In this document: one piece after another, positions 36,134 through 46,259 of the stretch
Position numbering within the stretch: the first letter of the stretch is position 1
Layout of the letters: each line of letters starts with the position of its first letter
Assembly (NCBI GenBank): GCA_964195995.1
Contig: CAXMQS010000074.1
Location: 6,066-70,065 of the forward strand
DNA: 64,000 nt
Reading direction: 5' to 3'
Source: an uncultured Acidimicrobiia bacterium
GTDB taxonomy: Bacteria; Actinomycetota; Acidimicrobiia; Spongiisociales; JAOTWH01
The notes under the pieces: generated by a model
Seen by the model: the letters and a program-made list of their open reading frames with translations, nothing else
Told to the model about the DNA's origin: nothing
The model's database searches: none
Made by a program: the position numbers and the translations under genes

Positions 36134-38725
36134 GTGAAAAGGCTCGTCAATTCGCTCGCCGCGATGGTCGAGCGCTTTCCGGTCATCGTTCTCATCGGCG
36201 CATTAGCCCTGACCGTGGTGTTCGGCGCGTTCGTCTCGCAACAAGAGCAGGCCACTGGAAACGAGGGCTTCTCTCCGGACTCTGACGAGTTCCTTGCCGG
36301 CGAGCTAGTCGCCGAGCTGTTCGACACCAGCACAGTTGCTCCCGTTCAGGTTGTGTTCCAGTCAGCCGGAGGCGATGTGATGACGGCGGAGGTCTTCCGG
36401 GCCTACCTCGCTGTCAGCGATGCCGTCGGAGGGAGCCGGGCGACGGAACTGTTCTCCGATCTTCCCGGCGGCGACATCCAGGGGTTCTTGGATCCAGCGG
36501 CAGCCGTTCTGGCGGCCCAGGGGATCGCTCCCGCCGTGGCGACGGATGCCGACGTGAAATCGGCGTTCACGACGGGTCTCGCGCAACTCAGCGAAGAACA
36601 GCGGGGCCAGATCGTGTCGAGCCTGTCGGCGACCGACACGGACTTGACGACAGTTCGCTCGTCGGCTGGGCTAATGGTCGTTCTCCTCAATACGGGCCTT
36701 CTCGAAGACGATCCTGACGGCATTGAGCTGCAGGCCATCGAAGTCGACATGTCGGATGCCATAGACGCCAGCATCGATGGTGATGTCGCCGCGCAGGCAT
36801 TCAGCTTCGCGCTGCTGTTCGCCGACACCTCCGAGTTCGAGCGCGAGATCGGGAGGCTGTTCGGCACGGCGTTCGCCATCATCCTCGCCATTCTGGGATT
36901 CGTCTTCTGGATCCATCCCAAGGGGCGCATGACCCGGCGGGCGGCCCTGCGGAGAGCCACGGCGGACGTGCTGCTGGCCCTGGGGGTCATCGTCATGTCG
37001 ATTGTCTGGATGAACGGGATCGGCGTTCTGCTCGGCCCGAAGTACCTGGGCCTCATTGGCAAGTTCTCCGAGCTCCTCCAGATCATCCCCATACTCCTTA
37101 TCGGCCTTGGCGTTGACTACGCCATCCACCTGACGGCGCGCTATCGCGAGGAGCTTGGGTCAGGGCTGACAGTGGACGCTGCAGCCACTAGAGCGACGCG
37201 CACGGTTGGAGTGGCGCTGGTGCTTGCCACCGTGACCACTGCCGTCGGGTTTCTCACGAACGTGTTCAACCCGGTGACGGCACTCGCCGACTTCGGGATT
37301 CTGGCGGCGGTCGGCATTGGCTCGGCCTTCGTCTTGATGCTCACGTTCGTCCCCGCGATACGCGTGCTGCTCGACAGGCGCGCGCAGCGGGCGGGAGCCC
37401 TGCCGGTCGAGGCCATGGGCCACTCCAGCGAGCGGATGCTCCCCAGGCTCCTCGGCCGGTCCGCGGTGTTCGCCGAGAGGCTGCCTGGGGTCATGCTCAC
37501 CCTGGCTCTGAGCCTCGGTGGGCTTGGGCTGTGGGGCATGCTCAATCTGAGCACGACGTTCAGCTTCACCGACTTCCTTCCGGAGGGCGCACCGCTCCTC
37601 GAGACGTTTGACACGCTGACCTCCGAGTTCGGAGGGGGTCTCGGGGAGACCACGAATGTGCTCATCGAAGGCGATGTTGCCACCCCCGAGGTTCACAACG
37701 CCATGGTGCTCGCTACCTCCAACCTTCAGGACACGCCGGACGTACTGGCCTTTGGCGACAACGCCGCGGTGCAATCGCCGGTCTCGGTGCTCGGCCGGCT
37801 GGTGACGCCTCCGGACCAGGGCGGGTTGGCTGAGGCGTACGACGCGGCATTCGCCAGCCAAGCGACGGCGGCCGGGCTGCAACCGGACTTAACGGTGTCT
37901 CCGGGAACCGACGTTGTCGCCCTTTACGACTCCGCCTCGACTGTTCAACCGGAGGCGATGCGGCGAGTCATCACGGTGGACGATGATGGCAGCTATCGCT
38001 ACGTGAACGTTGGTGTCTCAACCCAAGCAGGCGAATCCGGCGCCGACTCCCTCGCCGACAACTTGAGCAGCGACTTCGAGCCAGTCTCCTCGTTGGCCGG
38101 CGTGACGGCTGTTCCCACCAACGAGAACATCATCGCTAACGGCGTCATCGACGCGCTGCAAGCCTCCCAGGTGTCTTCGCTGGGGATCACCCTGCTGGCG
38201 GCTATGGCCCTTCTCGTGCTGACGTTCTTCGTCGAGTCCCGACGGCCGTTCCTCGGCGTGATCACCATCGCACCGGTGGCCTTGGTAGTTCTCTGGGTGT
38301 TCGGAATGATGTCTCTCACGGGAATCTCCTTCAATCCGGTAACGGCGATGATCGCCGCCATCGCCATCGGAATCGGGGTTCCTTACACGATCCACATCAC
38401 CCACCGTTACCAAGAAGACCGTCTTCGCTTTGACACGCCGGAGGAGGCCATTCGCTCGACGATGACTCATACCGGGGGAGCTCTTGCCGGCTCGGCGTTC
38501 ACGACGGTCGCCGGGTTCGGAATCCTGACGACGTCCTCTCTCAAGCCCTTCCAACAGCTCGGTCTGGTGACGGTCTATGCCATAGCTCTGGCGTTGGTGG
38601 CGGCAGTACTTGTGCTCCCCAGCCTGCTGATCCTGTGGGATCGCTGGCACTCGCGTCGAGGAGAGGCCGCTGTTGATGAGCAGGCCGTCGGTGAGGTGTT
38701 CGAGACCTCGGGTATGGTCGACTGA
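36134..38725 (+). CDS. MMPL/RND-superfamily membrane transporter
   Basis: The GTG start follows a GGAGGA RBS. The 863-aa protein has two 6-TM bundles, each followed or preceded by large extracytoplasmic domains. GVDYAIHL and GVPYTIHITHRY are MMPL-type motifs. Confidence 0.8.
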   Translation: MKRLVNSLAAMVERFPVIVLIGALALTVVFGAFVSQQEQATGNEGFSPDSDEFLAGELVAELFDTSTVAPVQVVFQSAGGDVMTAEVFRAYLAVSDAVGGSRATELFSDLPGGDIQGFLDPAAAVLAAQGIAPAVATDADVKSAFTTGLAQLSEEQRGQIVSSLSATDTDLTTVRSSAGLMVVLLNTGLLEDDPDGIELQAIEVDMSDAIDASIDGDVAAQAFSFALLFADTSEFEREIGRLFGTAFAIILAILGFVFWIHPKGRMTRRAALRRATADVLLALGVIVMSIVWMNGIGVLLGPKYLGLIGKFSELLQIIPILLIGLGVDYAIHLTARYREELGSGLTVDAAATRATRTVGVALVLATVTTAVGFLTNVFNPVTALADFGILAAVGIGSAFVLMLTFVPAIRVLLDRRAQRAGALPVEAMGHSSERMLPRLLGRSAVFAERLPGVMLTLALSLGGLGLWGMLNLSTTFSFTDFLPEGAPLLETFDTLTSEFGGGLGETTNVLIEGDVATPEVHNAMVLATSNLQDTPDVLAFGDNAAVQSPVSVLGRLVTPPDQGGLAEAYDAAFASQATAAGLQPDLTVSPGTDVVALYDSASTVQPEAMRRVITVDDDGSYRYVNVGVSTQAGESGADSLADNLSSDFEPVSSLAGVTAVPTNENIIANGVIDALQASQVSSLGITLLAAMALLVLTFFVESRRPFLGVITIAPVALVVLWVFGMMSLTGISFNPVTAMIAAIAIGIGVPYTIHITHRYQEDRLRFDTPEEAIRSTMTHTGGALAGSAFTTVAGFGILTTSSLKPFQQLGLVTVYAIALALVAAVLVLPSLLILWDRWHSRRGEAAVDEQAVGEVFETSGMVD

Positions 38726-39192
38726 TGGTTGACATTCCGCGTGACGTTGCCGACAGCGAGAGAGTCCCCGACGATCTCGACTCGCTCGACATCGGTGATT
38801 ACTCGGTTCCGAGTCCCCGGCGGCGGCGCTCCGCCGGCATGTTCTATCTGGGCGGTGCCGGTATCACAGCCGTCGGAATCCTCCTCGGCCTGCCTGCCGC
38901 GTTTTGGGCCGTTGTTGTCGGCCTTGGACTCATCGGGGCCTTCCATCTGGCTTCTGCCTGGGACCTCGAGGTTCGCGAGGGACAAGCGCTCGAGATCGCC
39001 AACCGGGCTGTTCCCTTCGGCGTCGGTCACGCTTCTGCACAGCTGGCCTTTGGGGGCTGGCGGGCGAAACCGGTGTGGCATCTGTTGGTGTTCTCCGACG
39101 ATGATCCGCCGAGTCATAGGGGCTTGGTCAGAGTCTCCCCGCTATCTGGCGACGTTATCGACGTCTACACCGAGGAAGTCCCGCAGGGCTAG
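38725..39192 (+). CDS. Hypothetical membrane protein (2 TM) coupled to the MMPL gene
   Basis: A TGATG overlap joins it to the MMPL stop. The TM hairpin is MFYLGGAGITAVGILLGLPAAFWAVVVGLGLIGAF. I recognise no family. Confidence 0.55.
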   Translation: MVDIPRDVADSERVPDDLDSLDIGDYSVPSPRRRRSAGMFYLGGAGITAVGILLGLPAAFWAVVVGLGLIGAFHLASAWDLEVREGQALEIANRAVPFGVGHASAQLAFGGWRAKPVWHLLVFSDDDPPSHRGLVRVSPLSGDVIDVYTEEVPQG

Positions 39193-39388
39193 GCGTTGGG
39201 AAGGCGGCTGGTCGCGGGCACGAGCCTCCTGACCGTCTGGCGATAGCCAATACCCACAGTTCGACCCCCTATTCGGTCCGTCTGCGTCTGGCGACCGTCG
39301 ACTCCTTTCGAGTCCTACTCGGACTCAACGAGCATCTCCGTCGAGTCGTCCGTCGGACGACGCTGCCTGCTACCTCGCTTCGCTCGGC

Positions 39389-39412
39389 CACCTCCCGCTG
39401 AAGGGGGAGGTG
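39389..39412 (-). terminator. GC-rich hairpin (CACCTCCC-loop-GGGAGGTG) just downstream of gltA; candidate intrinsic terminator
   Basis: The 8-bp stem was read directly and lies 22 nt after the gltA stop. Two more hairpins (39310-39326 and 39345-39361) lie in the same convergent intergenic region. There is no U-tract. Confidence 0.35.
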
Positions 39413-39433
39413 TGTGACAGCGTGAAGGCTCGG

Positions 39434-40714
39434 TTAACGCTCGTCGACGGGTAGGTAGTCCCTGGACTGCTCGCCGATGTAGATCTGACGAGGTCTCCCG
39501 ATACGCGTTGTCGGGTCGGCCATCATCTCTCCCCACTGGGCGATCCAGCCTGGGAGCCGGCCGATCGAGAACAGCACGGTGAACATGCGCGAGGGAAATC
39601 CGAGGGCCCGGAACATCACGCCGGAGTAGAAGTCAACGTTGGGGTAGAGGTTGCGTTCGATGAAGTAGTCGTCGCTCAGCGCGATCTCCTCGAGCTGCAG
39701 GGCGATGTCCATCAACGGATCGTTCTTGCCCGATCGAGACAGAACGTCGTGAGCAAAGCCCTTGAGGATCTTGGCACGCGGGTCGTAATTCTTATAGACG
39801 CGATGCCCGAAGCCCCAGAGCCGATAGGGGTCGTCGCGATCTTTGGCCCGATTGACATAGCTGGCGATGTCGCCTCCGCCTTCGTGCATCGACTGCAGCA
39901 TCTCCACCACGGCTTGGTTGGCTCCTCCATGCAGCGGACCCCACAGGGCGTTCATGCCGGCGGCGACGGACGCGAACAAGTTGGCCTGACTGGACCCGGT
40001 GAGCCGGACCGTCGACGTTGAGCAGTTCTGACCGTGATCGGCATGCAGGATGAGCAGCACGTCGAGCGCCTTGGCGATGACGGGATCGATCTCGAATTGC
40101 TCGGTGGGCGTTGCGAACATCATGTGGAGGAAGTTGGTGGTGTATCCGTACTCGTTGTTGGGGTAGACGTACGGCTGCCCGATCGACTTCTTGTAGGCCC
40201 AGGAAGCGATGGTCGGGAGCTTGGCGATGAGCCGCATGGCACTCTCATCCACAGCCTCGGGGTCGAGTGGGTCGAGGTGTGCCTGATAGAAGGTCGACAG
40301 CGCGCTTGTCGCCGAGGAAAGGATCGCCATGGGATGGGCTTCCCTGGGGAACGCATCGAAGAAGCGCTTCATCTCTTCGTTGATGAGGGTGTGCCCCAGC
40401 ACGCGGCTGCGCCACGCCTCGAGCTCGGCGGTGTTGGGGAGCGATCCATTGAAGAGGAGGTAGGCCACCTCGAGGAATGAGCTGTGCTCGGCGAGTTGCT
40501 CGATCGGATAGCCCCGGTAGCGGAGTTCGCCGGCCTCTCCGTTGACGTAACTGACGGCGCTCTGGGTTGGCGCGGTGTTGGCGAACCCCGGGTCGTAGAC
40601 CACCATGCCGGCGTTAGCGCGCAGAGAGGTGATGTCGATGCCCAGGTCGCCCTCGGTGCCGTCGATCACCTCGAAGTCGAATTCGTCGTCGCCGCGGGTG
40701 AGTTTGACGTCCAT
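39434..40714 (-). CDS. gltA: Citrate synthase (type II)
   Basis: The 426-aa ORF contains LRYRGYPIEQL, LILHADHGQNCSTSTVR, GPLHGGANQAV, GFGHRVYKNYDPR and GRLPGWIAQW. Confidence 0.92.
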   Translation of the reverse strand: MDVKLTRGDDEFDFEVIDGTEGDLGIDITSLRANAGMVVYDPGFANTAPTQSAVSYVNGEAGELRYRGYPIEQLAEHSSFLEVAYLLFNGSLPNTAELEAWRSRVLGHTLINEEMKRFFDAFPREAHPMAILSSATSALSTFYQAHLDPLDPEAVDESAMRLIAKLPTIASWAYKKSIGQPYVYPNNEYGYTTNFLHMMFATPTEQFEIDPVIAKALDVLLILHADHGQNCSTSTVRLTGSSQANLFASVAAGMNALWGPLHGGANQAVVEMLQSMHEGGGDIASYVNRAKDRDDPYRLWGFGHRVYKNYDPRAKILKGFAHDVLSRSGKNDPLMDIALQLEEIALSDDYFIERNLYPNVDFYSGVMFRALGFPSRMFTVLFSIGRLPGWIAQWGEMMADPTTRIGRPRQIYIGEQSRDYLPVDER

Positions 40715-40723
40715 TTGACCCTC

Positions 40724-42772
40724 CTAGTCGTCTTCTGCCGCCGCCGCGATCACCTTCTGGGTCTCCTGCGGGGGAGCGTGTTCGTAATGAGACGGCGCCA
40801 CCTCGAAGGTACCGCGGCCGCCGGTCATCGATCGAAGGTCGATGGTGTAGTGCTGCATCTCAGCCAACGGAACGTCGGCTGAGACCACCCTCATCCCTGC
40901 GAAAGAATCCATGCCTCCAACTCGACCTCGCTTGGCGTTGAGGTCGCCGATGATGTCGCCCATGTACTCCTCGGGGGCGATCACCTTCACCTTGATGACC
41001 GGCTCCAGCAGCACCGCACCCAGCTTGGGGGCAGCGGCCTTCAGCGCCTGGATGCCTGCCATGCGGAACGAGAGCTCGTCTGAGTCGACGGAGTGGTACT
41101 TCCCGTCGTAGACGGTGGCGCGAATGTCGACAACCGGATAGCCGGCGATGATGCCTCGCTGCAGAGCCTCTTTGATCCCCTTGTCGACCGCCGGAATGAG
41201 GCCCTTCGGGATCGAACCTCCCTTGATGGCATCGACGAACTCGTAGCCGCTCCCTAGTGGTAGTGGCTCGAACCGGAGAAAAGCAACGCCGAATTGGCCG
41301 CGGCCGCCCGATTGCTTCTTGTGCTTGCCCTCGGCCTCGGCGCCGGCGGTGATGGTCTCTCGGTAGGGGATGCGAGGTAGCTCGGTCGAGACCTTGACTC
41401 CGAACTTCCGTGCCATTCGAGCGAGGGCGACTTCGAGGTGGGTGTCGCCGAGTCCCGAGAGGACTGTCTGGTTGGTCTCGGCCCGGCGTTCGACGACGAG
41501 AGTTGGATCCTCGTCGACGGTACGCCCAAGCGCGGTAGATAGCTTCTCGTCGTCTGCACTCGTCAGCGGGTGCACGGCGTATGACATGGTCGGCGGCGGC
41601 ACGGCGACGGGCTCGATAACGACGTCGCTTCCCGGCGATCGCAGCGTGTGGCCGGCGGCCACCGTCTCCAACTTGGCAACGGCTGCGATGTCACCGCACG
41701 ACACTTCGGAAGTGTCGGTGTGATCCTTGCCGGAGATGAAGAACAGGTTGTGCATTCGTCCCGATGATCCAATGGCGGGATTCTCGAGAGCGTCGTCGAG
41801 CTTGATGGTGCCCGAGTAGGTGCGGAACATCGAGATGCGGCCGACATATGGGTCGGCGACCGTCTTGAACACGTAGGCGGCAACGGGGTTGCTGGTGCCG
41901 AGCTTCAGTTCTCCCTCGATCGTTGGGGGCACCACTCGCTCGAGAGGTGTTGGCCCATCGCGGATGATGAGGTCGGCCAGCCGGTCTATGCCGATGAGTT
42001 CCGTTGCCGATCCGCACAGGACGGGGAAGATGCTGCCGGCGGCGATCCCTTCGCGAAGGCCGTGGACGAGCTGGTCCTGGGTCGGCTCGGTCCCTTCGAG
42101 GTAGGCCTCGAGGAGGGCGTCGTCGTTCTCGACCACAGCCTCGACCAGATGCGTATGGACGTCGGCGACTTCGTCCTTCACTTCATCGGGGATCTCGGTC
42201 TCCTCGCCGGTGGCATTGCCTCCCGAGTAGAGAAAGGCGTGCTCGGTGACGATTCCGGCCACACCCTTGAGGTCTGCTTCGGAGCCGATCGGCATCTCGA
42301 CCGGAGCGACGCCGGTCCCGAAGTGCTCCTTGAGCTGGTCGAGCACCTTGCGATAGTCGGCTCTCTCCCTGTCGAGCTTGTTGACGAAGATGGCGCGGGG
42401 GATTCCCTCCTCGCCGGCAAGCTGCCAGGCGACGTCGGTCTGCACCTCGACGCCATCGACACCAGAGACAACCAGAAGAGCCAGGTCTGCCGCCCGCAGT
42501 GCCGCCTTTACCTCTCCAAGGAAATCGGCGTAGCCGGGCGTGTCGAGGATGTTCAGCTTGTGTCCGTGGAACTCGATCGGCGCCAGCACCGTGGAGATCG
42601 AGACCTGCCTGGCCACCTCTTCGGGTTCGTGGTCGGACAGGGTGTTGCCCTCTTCAACGCTCCCGAGGCGTGTGGTCTGGCCGGACGCGAACAGGAGCGC
42701 CTCGACCAGAGCTGTCTTGCCGGCACCGGAGTGACCGACGAGTGCCACGTTTCGGATCTTGCCCGGATCCAC
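40724..42772 (-). CDS. Elongation factor G-like GTPase paralog (EF-G2 type)
   Basis: The gene has a GTG start. G1 is VGHSGAGKT, G3 is DTPG and G4 is NKLD. EF-G domains II-V are collinear. The N-terminus differs from canonical FusA (AHIDAGKTT). Its TAG stop lies inside the gltA RBS (TAGGAGGG). Confidence 0.8.
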   Translation of the reverse strand: MDPGKIRNVALVGHSGAGKTALVEALLFASGQTTRLGSVEEGNTLSDHEPEEVARQVSISTVLAPIEFHGHKLNILDTPGYADFLGEVKAALRAADLALLVVSGVDGVEVQTDVAWQLAGEEGIPRAIFVNKLDRERADYRKVLDQLKEHFGTGVAPVEMPIGSEADLKGVAGIVTEHAFLYSGGNATGEETEIPDEVKDEVADVHTHLVEAVVENDDALLEAYLEGTEPTQDQLVHGLREGIAAGSIFPVLCGSATELIGIDRLADLIIRDGPTPLERVVPPTIEGELKLGTSNPVAAYVFKTVADPYVGRISMFRTYSGTIKLDDALENPAIGSSGRMHNLFFISGKDHTDTSEVSCGDIAAVAKLETVAAGHTLRSPGSDVVIEPVAVPPPTMSYAVHPLTSADDEKLSTALGRTVDEDPTLVVERRAETNQTVLSGLGDTHLEVALARMARKFGVKVSTELPRIPYRETITAGAEAEGKHKKQSGGRGQFGVAFLRFEPLPLGSGYEFVDAIKGGSIPKGLIPAVDKGIKEALQRGIIAGYPVVDIRATVYDGKYHSVDSDELSFRMAGIQALKAAAPKLGAVLLEPVIKVKVIAPEEYMGDIIGDLNAKRGRVGGMDSFAGMRVVSADVPLAEMQHYTIDLRSMTGGRGTFEVAPSHYEHAPPQETQKVIAAAAEDD

Positions 42773-42847
42773 TGAAACCCCTCTCTATCGAACCCATGTC
42801 ACTCTAGTTCCCGCTGCTGGCGCTCCTTCCTGTGTTAAACAGAGGGC

Positions 42848-43447
42848 ATGGTCCTCGATGTCAAGGCGCGCGATGGTGTCGACCGGGTGATGGCGCCCAT
42901 CGGTCGAACCCTCGCCAAAGTTGGAATCACGCCGTCGATGGTGACGTTGGCCGGCCTCGTCGTAACCGTCGCCGGTGCTGTCCTCATCGGTCTCGGCGAG
43001 CTGTTAGCCGGGGTGATCGTCGCCTCGATCGGCTCGTTGCTCGACATCGTTGACGGCCCGCTGGCGCGGTCTACGGGGACCGTTTCGCTGCGGGGAGCGT
43101 TGCTCGACACGCTTGCCGACAGGCTCGGTGAGGCGGCCATCTGGATCGGCCTCGTCTACTTCGTCGGGGGCTCGCCGCGGCTCGCGACGCTGGCGGTCGT
43201 CGGCCTGTGTGCCTCCATGTTGGTGCCGTATGTGCGGTCCAAGGCCGAAGGCTGGGGAGCGACGGGGCGCGGCGGACTCATGGGCCGAGCGGAACGCCTG
43301 ATAGTCATGCTGCTGGGCATCGGCGTTCAGGGACTCGAGATCGGAAGCTTCCGTCCTATAGAGGGCATGCTGTGGGTGATGGCGGTCGCCACCTGGCTGA
43401 CCGTCGGCCAGCGCGCCTGGCGGACCTGGCGACAGCTCGCGGAGTGA
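42848..43447 (+). CDS. pgsA: CDP-alcohol phosphatidyltransferase (phosphatidylinositol-phosphate synthase type)
   Basis: The motif DG-x2-AR-x8-G-x3-D-x3-D is seen as DIVDGPLARSTGTVSLRGALLDTLADRLGE. The gene is followed by acyltransferase and GT4 genes, as in the mycobacterial PIM locus. Confidence 0.85.
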   Translation: MVLDVKARDGVDRVMAPIGRTLAKVGITPSMVTLAGLVVTVAGAVLIGLGELLAGVIVASIGSLLDIVDGPLARSTGTVSLRGALLDTLADRLGEAAIWIGLVYFVGGSPRLATLAVVGLCASMLVPYVRSKAEGWGATGRGGLMGRAERLIVMLLGIGVQGLEIGSFRPIEGMLWVMAVATWLTVGQRAWRTWRQLAE

Positions 43448-44304
43448 ACTACCGACTGTTCCGCGCCCTCTCGGCCATTTTCGGGATGCTGCCCGAGCCG
43501 GTTGTCCGACGTATCGGCCGTTGGCTCGGATACGCGCTGTCGTTCGTTGCGCCGCGCAAGATGGAGATGGCCGAGCGACACATGGCCAGGGCCCTTGGTA
43601 CCACCAGTGGTGCCAAGCGGACGGCGCGACGCATGTTCGCGTCATACGGCCGCTACTGGGCGGAGACCTTCTGGATGCGGCCGCGCCGCTTCGACGAGGT
43701 GGTCAAGCACGCCGAGGTCGTTGGCCTGGAACACGTCAACGCCGCCCGCCACGACGGCATCGTGTTGGCTCTTCCTCACGTCGGCAACTGGGAGGCGGCC
43801 GGCGCCAGAGCGGTTGCCGAAGGAATCGGTGTGTTGGCGGTCGCTGAAGCTCTCGGAGACCCGAGGATCGTTCAGTGGTTCATCGACGTTCGAGCCAAGT
43901 TCGGCATCGAGGTCATCATCGCCGATCGCGGTGCCGCCGTTACCAAGGCCCTGATCTCTCGGTTGAAGGAGAAGCGGACCATCGCACTGCCCTGTGACCG
44001 TGACATCGGTGGCGGGGGAGTTGCTGTGAGTTTCTTCGGCGAGGAGACGACTCTTCCTGCCGGTCCGGTAGCGCTTGCCGATCGCACCGGAGCCCATCTG
44101 CTTGTCGTTGGGTGCTACTTCAAGAAAGGGCGGGGACATCGACTCGTCGTTCAGCCGCGACTCGAGATCCCGGACGGTGCAACGCCGCAAGAGCGCGTAG
44201 CCAAAGGCACTCAGGAATTGGCCTATCGCCTCGAGCAACTGATCAGCGAGCAGCCAGAGCAGTGGCACATGATGGTTCCCAACTGGCCGTCGGACAGAGC
44301 ATGA
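43444..44304 (+). CDS. patA: Lauroyl/HtrB-family lipid acyltransferase (PIM acyltransferase-like)
   Basis: The GTG at 43444 forms a GTGA overlap with the pgsA stop, in the frame of ORF 43207. LPHVGNWE corresponds to the H-x4-D/E acyltransferase motif region. The symbol is assigned by synteny (pgsA1-patA-pimA). Confidence 0.7.
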   Translation: MNYRLFRALSAIFGMLPEPVVRRIGRWLGYALSFVAPRKMEMAERHMARALGTTSGAKRTARRMFASYGRYWAETFWMRPRRFDEVVKHAEVVGLEHVNAARHDGIVLALPHVGNWEAAGARAVAEGIGVLAVAEALGDPRIVQWFIDVRAKFGIEVIIADRGAAVTKALISRLKEKRTIALPCDRDIGGGGVAVSFFGEETTLPAGPVALADRTGAHLLVVGCYFKKGRGHRLVVQPRLEIPDGATPQERVAKGTQELAYRLEQLISEQPEQWHMMVPNWPSDRA

Positions 44305-45353
44305 AGGTCGCCGTCGTCAGCCCCTATGGCCTCGACCATCCGGGGGGAGTGCAAGACCAGGTGATCCGGCTCCGCGACTGGTTGAACGGCTTGGACGATG
44401 AGGCGTGGATCGTTGCTCCCGGATCGGGCGACGGGTGGCGCAGCGCAGGGAGAGTCGTCGAACTTCCCGTCAACCGCTCCATGGCGCCGGTTGCCCTGTC
44501 GCCGAAGGCGGTCCGGCAAGCCCTGGACGCCGTTGCCGGGGCCGATGTTGTGCATATCCATGAACCCCTGATGCCGGCCGTCTCGCTTGGGTTGGCGCTG
44601 CGGTGCCGGCAGCCCCTCGTCGGCACGTTCCATGCCGACCCATCGAAATTGGTGCGCCGCACGTACCGGTTCGGAAGGGGACCGATCCAACGCGTCGTTG
44701 GCCGCTTCCAGGTGGTCACCGCGGTCAGCGAGGTAGCGCGTAGTGCCGTCGCCCCGTTTGCCGAAGCCAGAGTGATCCCGAATGGCATCGACGTTGCTTC
44801 CTTCGAAATCGACGAACCGCGACGTCACCGCCGGGTCGTCTTCGTTGGACGAGACGAGCCGCGTAAGGGGCTGTCGACCCTGTTGGAGGCGTGGCCAGAC
44901 GTGACGGCCGCCTATTCGGATGCGGAGCTCCTGGTCGTCAGCGACACCAAGCGAACCCCGCCAGATGGTGTTCGGCTCCTGGGGCGGGTCGAGGAGTCGG
45001 AGAAGCGGCGTCTGCTGGCGTCGGCGACCGTGTTGTGCGCCCCCAACACTGGAGGCGAGAGCTTCGGGCTGGTGGTTGCGGAGGGGATGGCGGCAGGCTG
45101 CGCGGTGGTCGCCAGTGGTCTCCCCGCTTTCGCCGCCGTGCTCGGAGAAGCCGGCGTCTATGCCAAACCCGAAGATCCAGTCGGCCTCGCCGAACAGATC
45201 GTGAGTCTGTTCGGCGAACCGGACAGGGCCACCGCTCTCGGAGCCGCAGCCCGTGTCAGGGTCGGCGCCTTCGACCAGAGCACGGTCGGTGCCGCCTACG
45301 TGGAGGCCTACGGCGACGCTATCGCGGCCTTCGCTAGGACGTCTCAGCGGTAG
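44301..45353 (+). CDS. pimA: GT4 mannosyltransferase (phosphatidylinositol mannosyltransferase-like)
   Basis: The ATG at 44301 forms an ATGA overlap. The sequence includes MKVAVVSPYGLDHPGGVQ...; the C-terminal E-x7-E region is GESFGLVVAEGMAAG. The symbol is assigned by synteny. Confidence 0.75.
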   Translation: MKVAVVSPYGLDHPGGVQDQVIRLRDWLNGLDDEAWIVAPGSGDGWRSAGRVVELPVNRSMAPVALSPKAVRQALDAVAGADVVHIHEPLMPAVSLGLALRCRQPLVGTFHADPSKLVRRTYRFGRGPIQRVVGRFQVVTAVSEVARSAVAPFAEARVIPNGIDVASFEIDEPRRHRRVVFVGRDEPRKGLSTLLEAWPDVTAAYSDAELLVVSDTKRTPPDGVRLLGRVEESEKRRLLASATVLCAPNTGGESFGLVVAEGMAAGCAVVASGLPAFAAVLGEAGVYAKPEDPVGLAEQIVSLFGEPDRATALGAAARVRVGAFDQSTVGAAYVEAYGDAIAAFARTSQR

Positions 45354-45377
45354 AATCAGCTGACAAGAAGGAGAACT

Positions 45378-46259
45378 GTGGAACAAGGAACTGACACCGT
45401 CAAGCGCGGACTGGCCGAGATGCTCAAGGGCGGGGTAATCATGGACGTTACGACCGCGGAGCAGGCCGTCATCGCCGAGGAGGCAGGGGCAGTCGCCGTA
45501 ATGGCCCTGGAACGCGTTCCGGCCGACATTCGGGCCAGCGGCGGTGTTGCCCGCATGGCAGACCCCAAGAGGGTCAAGGAGATCATGGCTGCCGTGTCGG
45601 TCCCCGTCATGGCTAAGGCTCGCATCGGGCACTTCGTCGAGGCTCAGGTTCTGCAGTCCCTCGGCGTTGACTACATCGATGAGTCCGAGGTCCTCACACC
45701 CGCCGACCCCGAGTACCACATCGACAAATGGGCGTTCACGGTCCCATTCGTGTGCGGGGCGCGCAACCTGGGCGAGGCGCTTCGGCGCATCGGTGAGGGT
45801 GCCGCCATGATCCGCACGAAGGGTGAACCGGGCACGGGAGACATCGTCGAGGCCGTTCGTCACATGCGCCAGATGAACCGCCAGCTGGCCCAGCTGTCAA
45901 CGGCAACGCCAGACCAGCTCATGACGGCCGCCAAGGAGCTACAGGCCCCATACGAGCTCGTCAAGGAAGTGGCGGACACCGGGAAGCTGCCGGTCGTCAA
46001 CTTCGCGGCGGGAGGCATCGCCACACCAGCAGATGCCGCTCTGATGATGCAGCTCGGGTGCGACGGCATCTTCGTCGGCTCAGGGGTCTTCAAGTCGGAC
46101 GACCCGGTTGAACGCGGCCGTGCCATCGTCGAGGCGACAACTCATTACAAGGATGCTTCCATCGTGGCCAAGGTCTCGGAGGGACTTGCCGAGCCCATGA
46201 GCGGGATCGCCACGGCGGAGATGGACGACTCGGAGCGGATGCAGCACAGGGGCTGGTAG
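45378..46259 (+). CDS. pdxS: Pyridoxal 5-prime-phosphate synthase, lyase subunit
   Basis: The GTG start follows an AAGGAG RBS. The sequence includes [38 protein letters not shown] and [11 protein letters not shown]. Confidence 0.93.
   Translation: MEQGTDTVKRGLAEMLKGGVIMDVTTAEQAVIAEEAGAVAVMALERVPADIRASGGVARMADPKRVKEIMAAVSVPVMAKARIGHFVEAQVLQSLGVDYIDESEVLTPADPEYHIDKWAFTVPFVCGARNLGEALRRIGEGAAMIRTKGEPGTGDIVEAVRHMRQMNRQLAQLSTATPDQLMTAAKELQAPYELVKEVADTGKLPVVNFAAGGIATPADAALMMQLGCDGIFVGSGVFKSDDPVERGRAIVEATTHYKDASIVAKVSEGLAEPMSGIATAEMDDSERMQHRGW

Noticed and set aside
39193-39433. A structured sRNA (for example 6C-like) in the 241-nt convergent intergenic region with three hairpins.
   Set aside because: The hairpin loops are not the C-rich loops that define 6C RNA. 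The hairpins are adequately explained as terminators of the two convergent transcription units.
44223-45863. Very long ORFs antisense to, or out of frame with, recognised genes. Examples are 44223..45863(-) 546 aa, 29554..31158(+) 534 aa, 61277..62722(-) 481 aa, 22974..24224(-) 416 aa, 20637..21755(-) 372 aa, 48616..49701(-) 361 aa, 6831..7862(+) 343 aa, 53908..54924(-) 338 aa and 17718..18689(-) 323 aa.
   Set aside because: They are typical high-GC shadow ORFs. Their translations are Arg/Pro/Gly/Ala-rich and low in complexity, with no recognisable motifs. Each overlaps a gene whose product is unambiguously recognisable on the other strand or frame.
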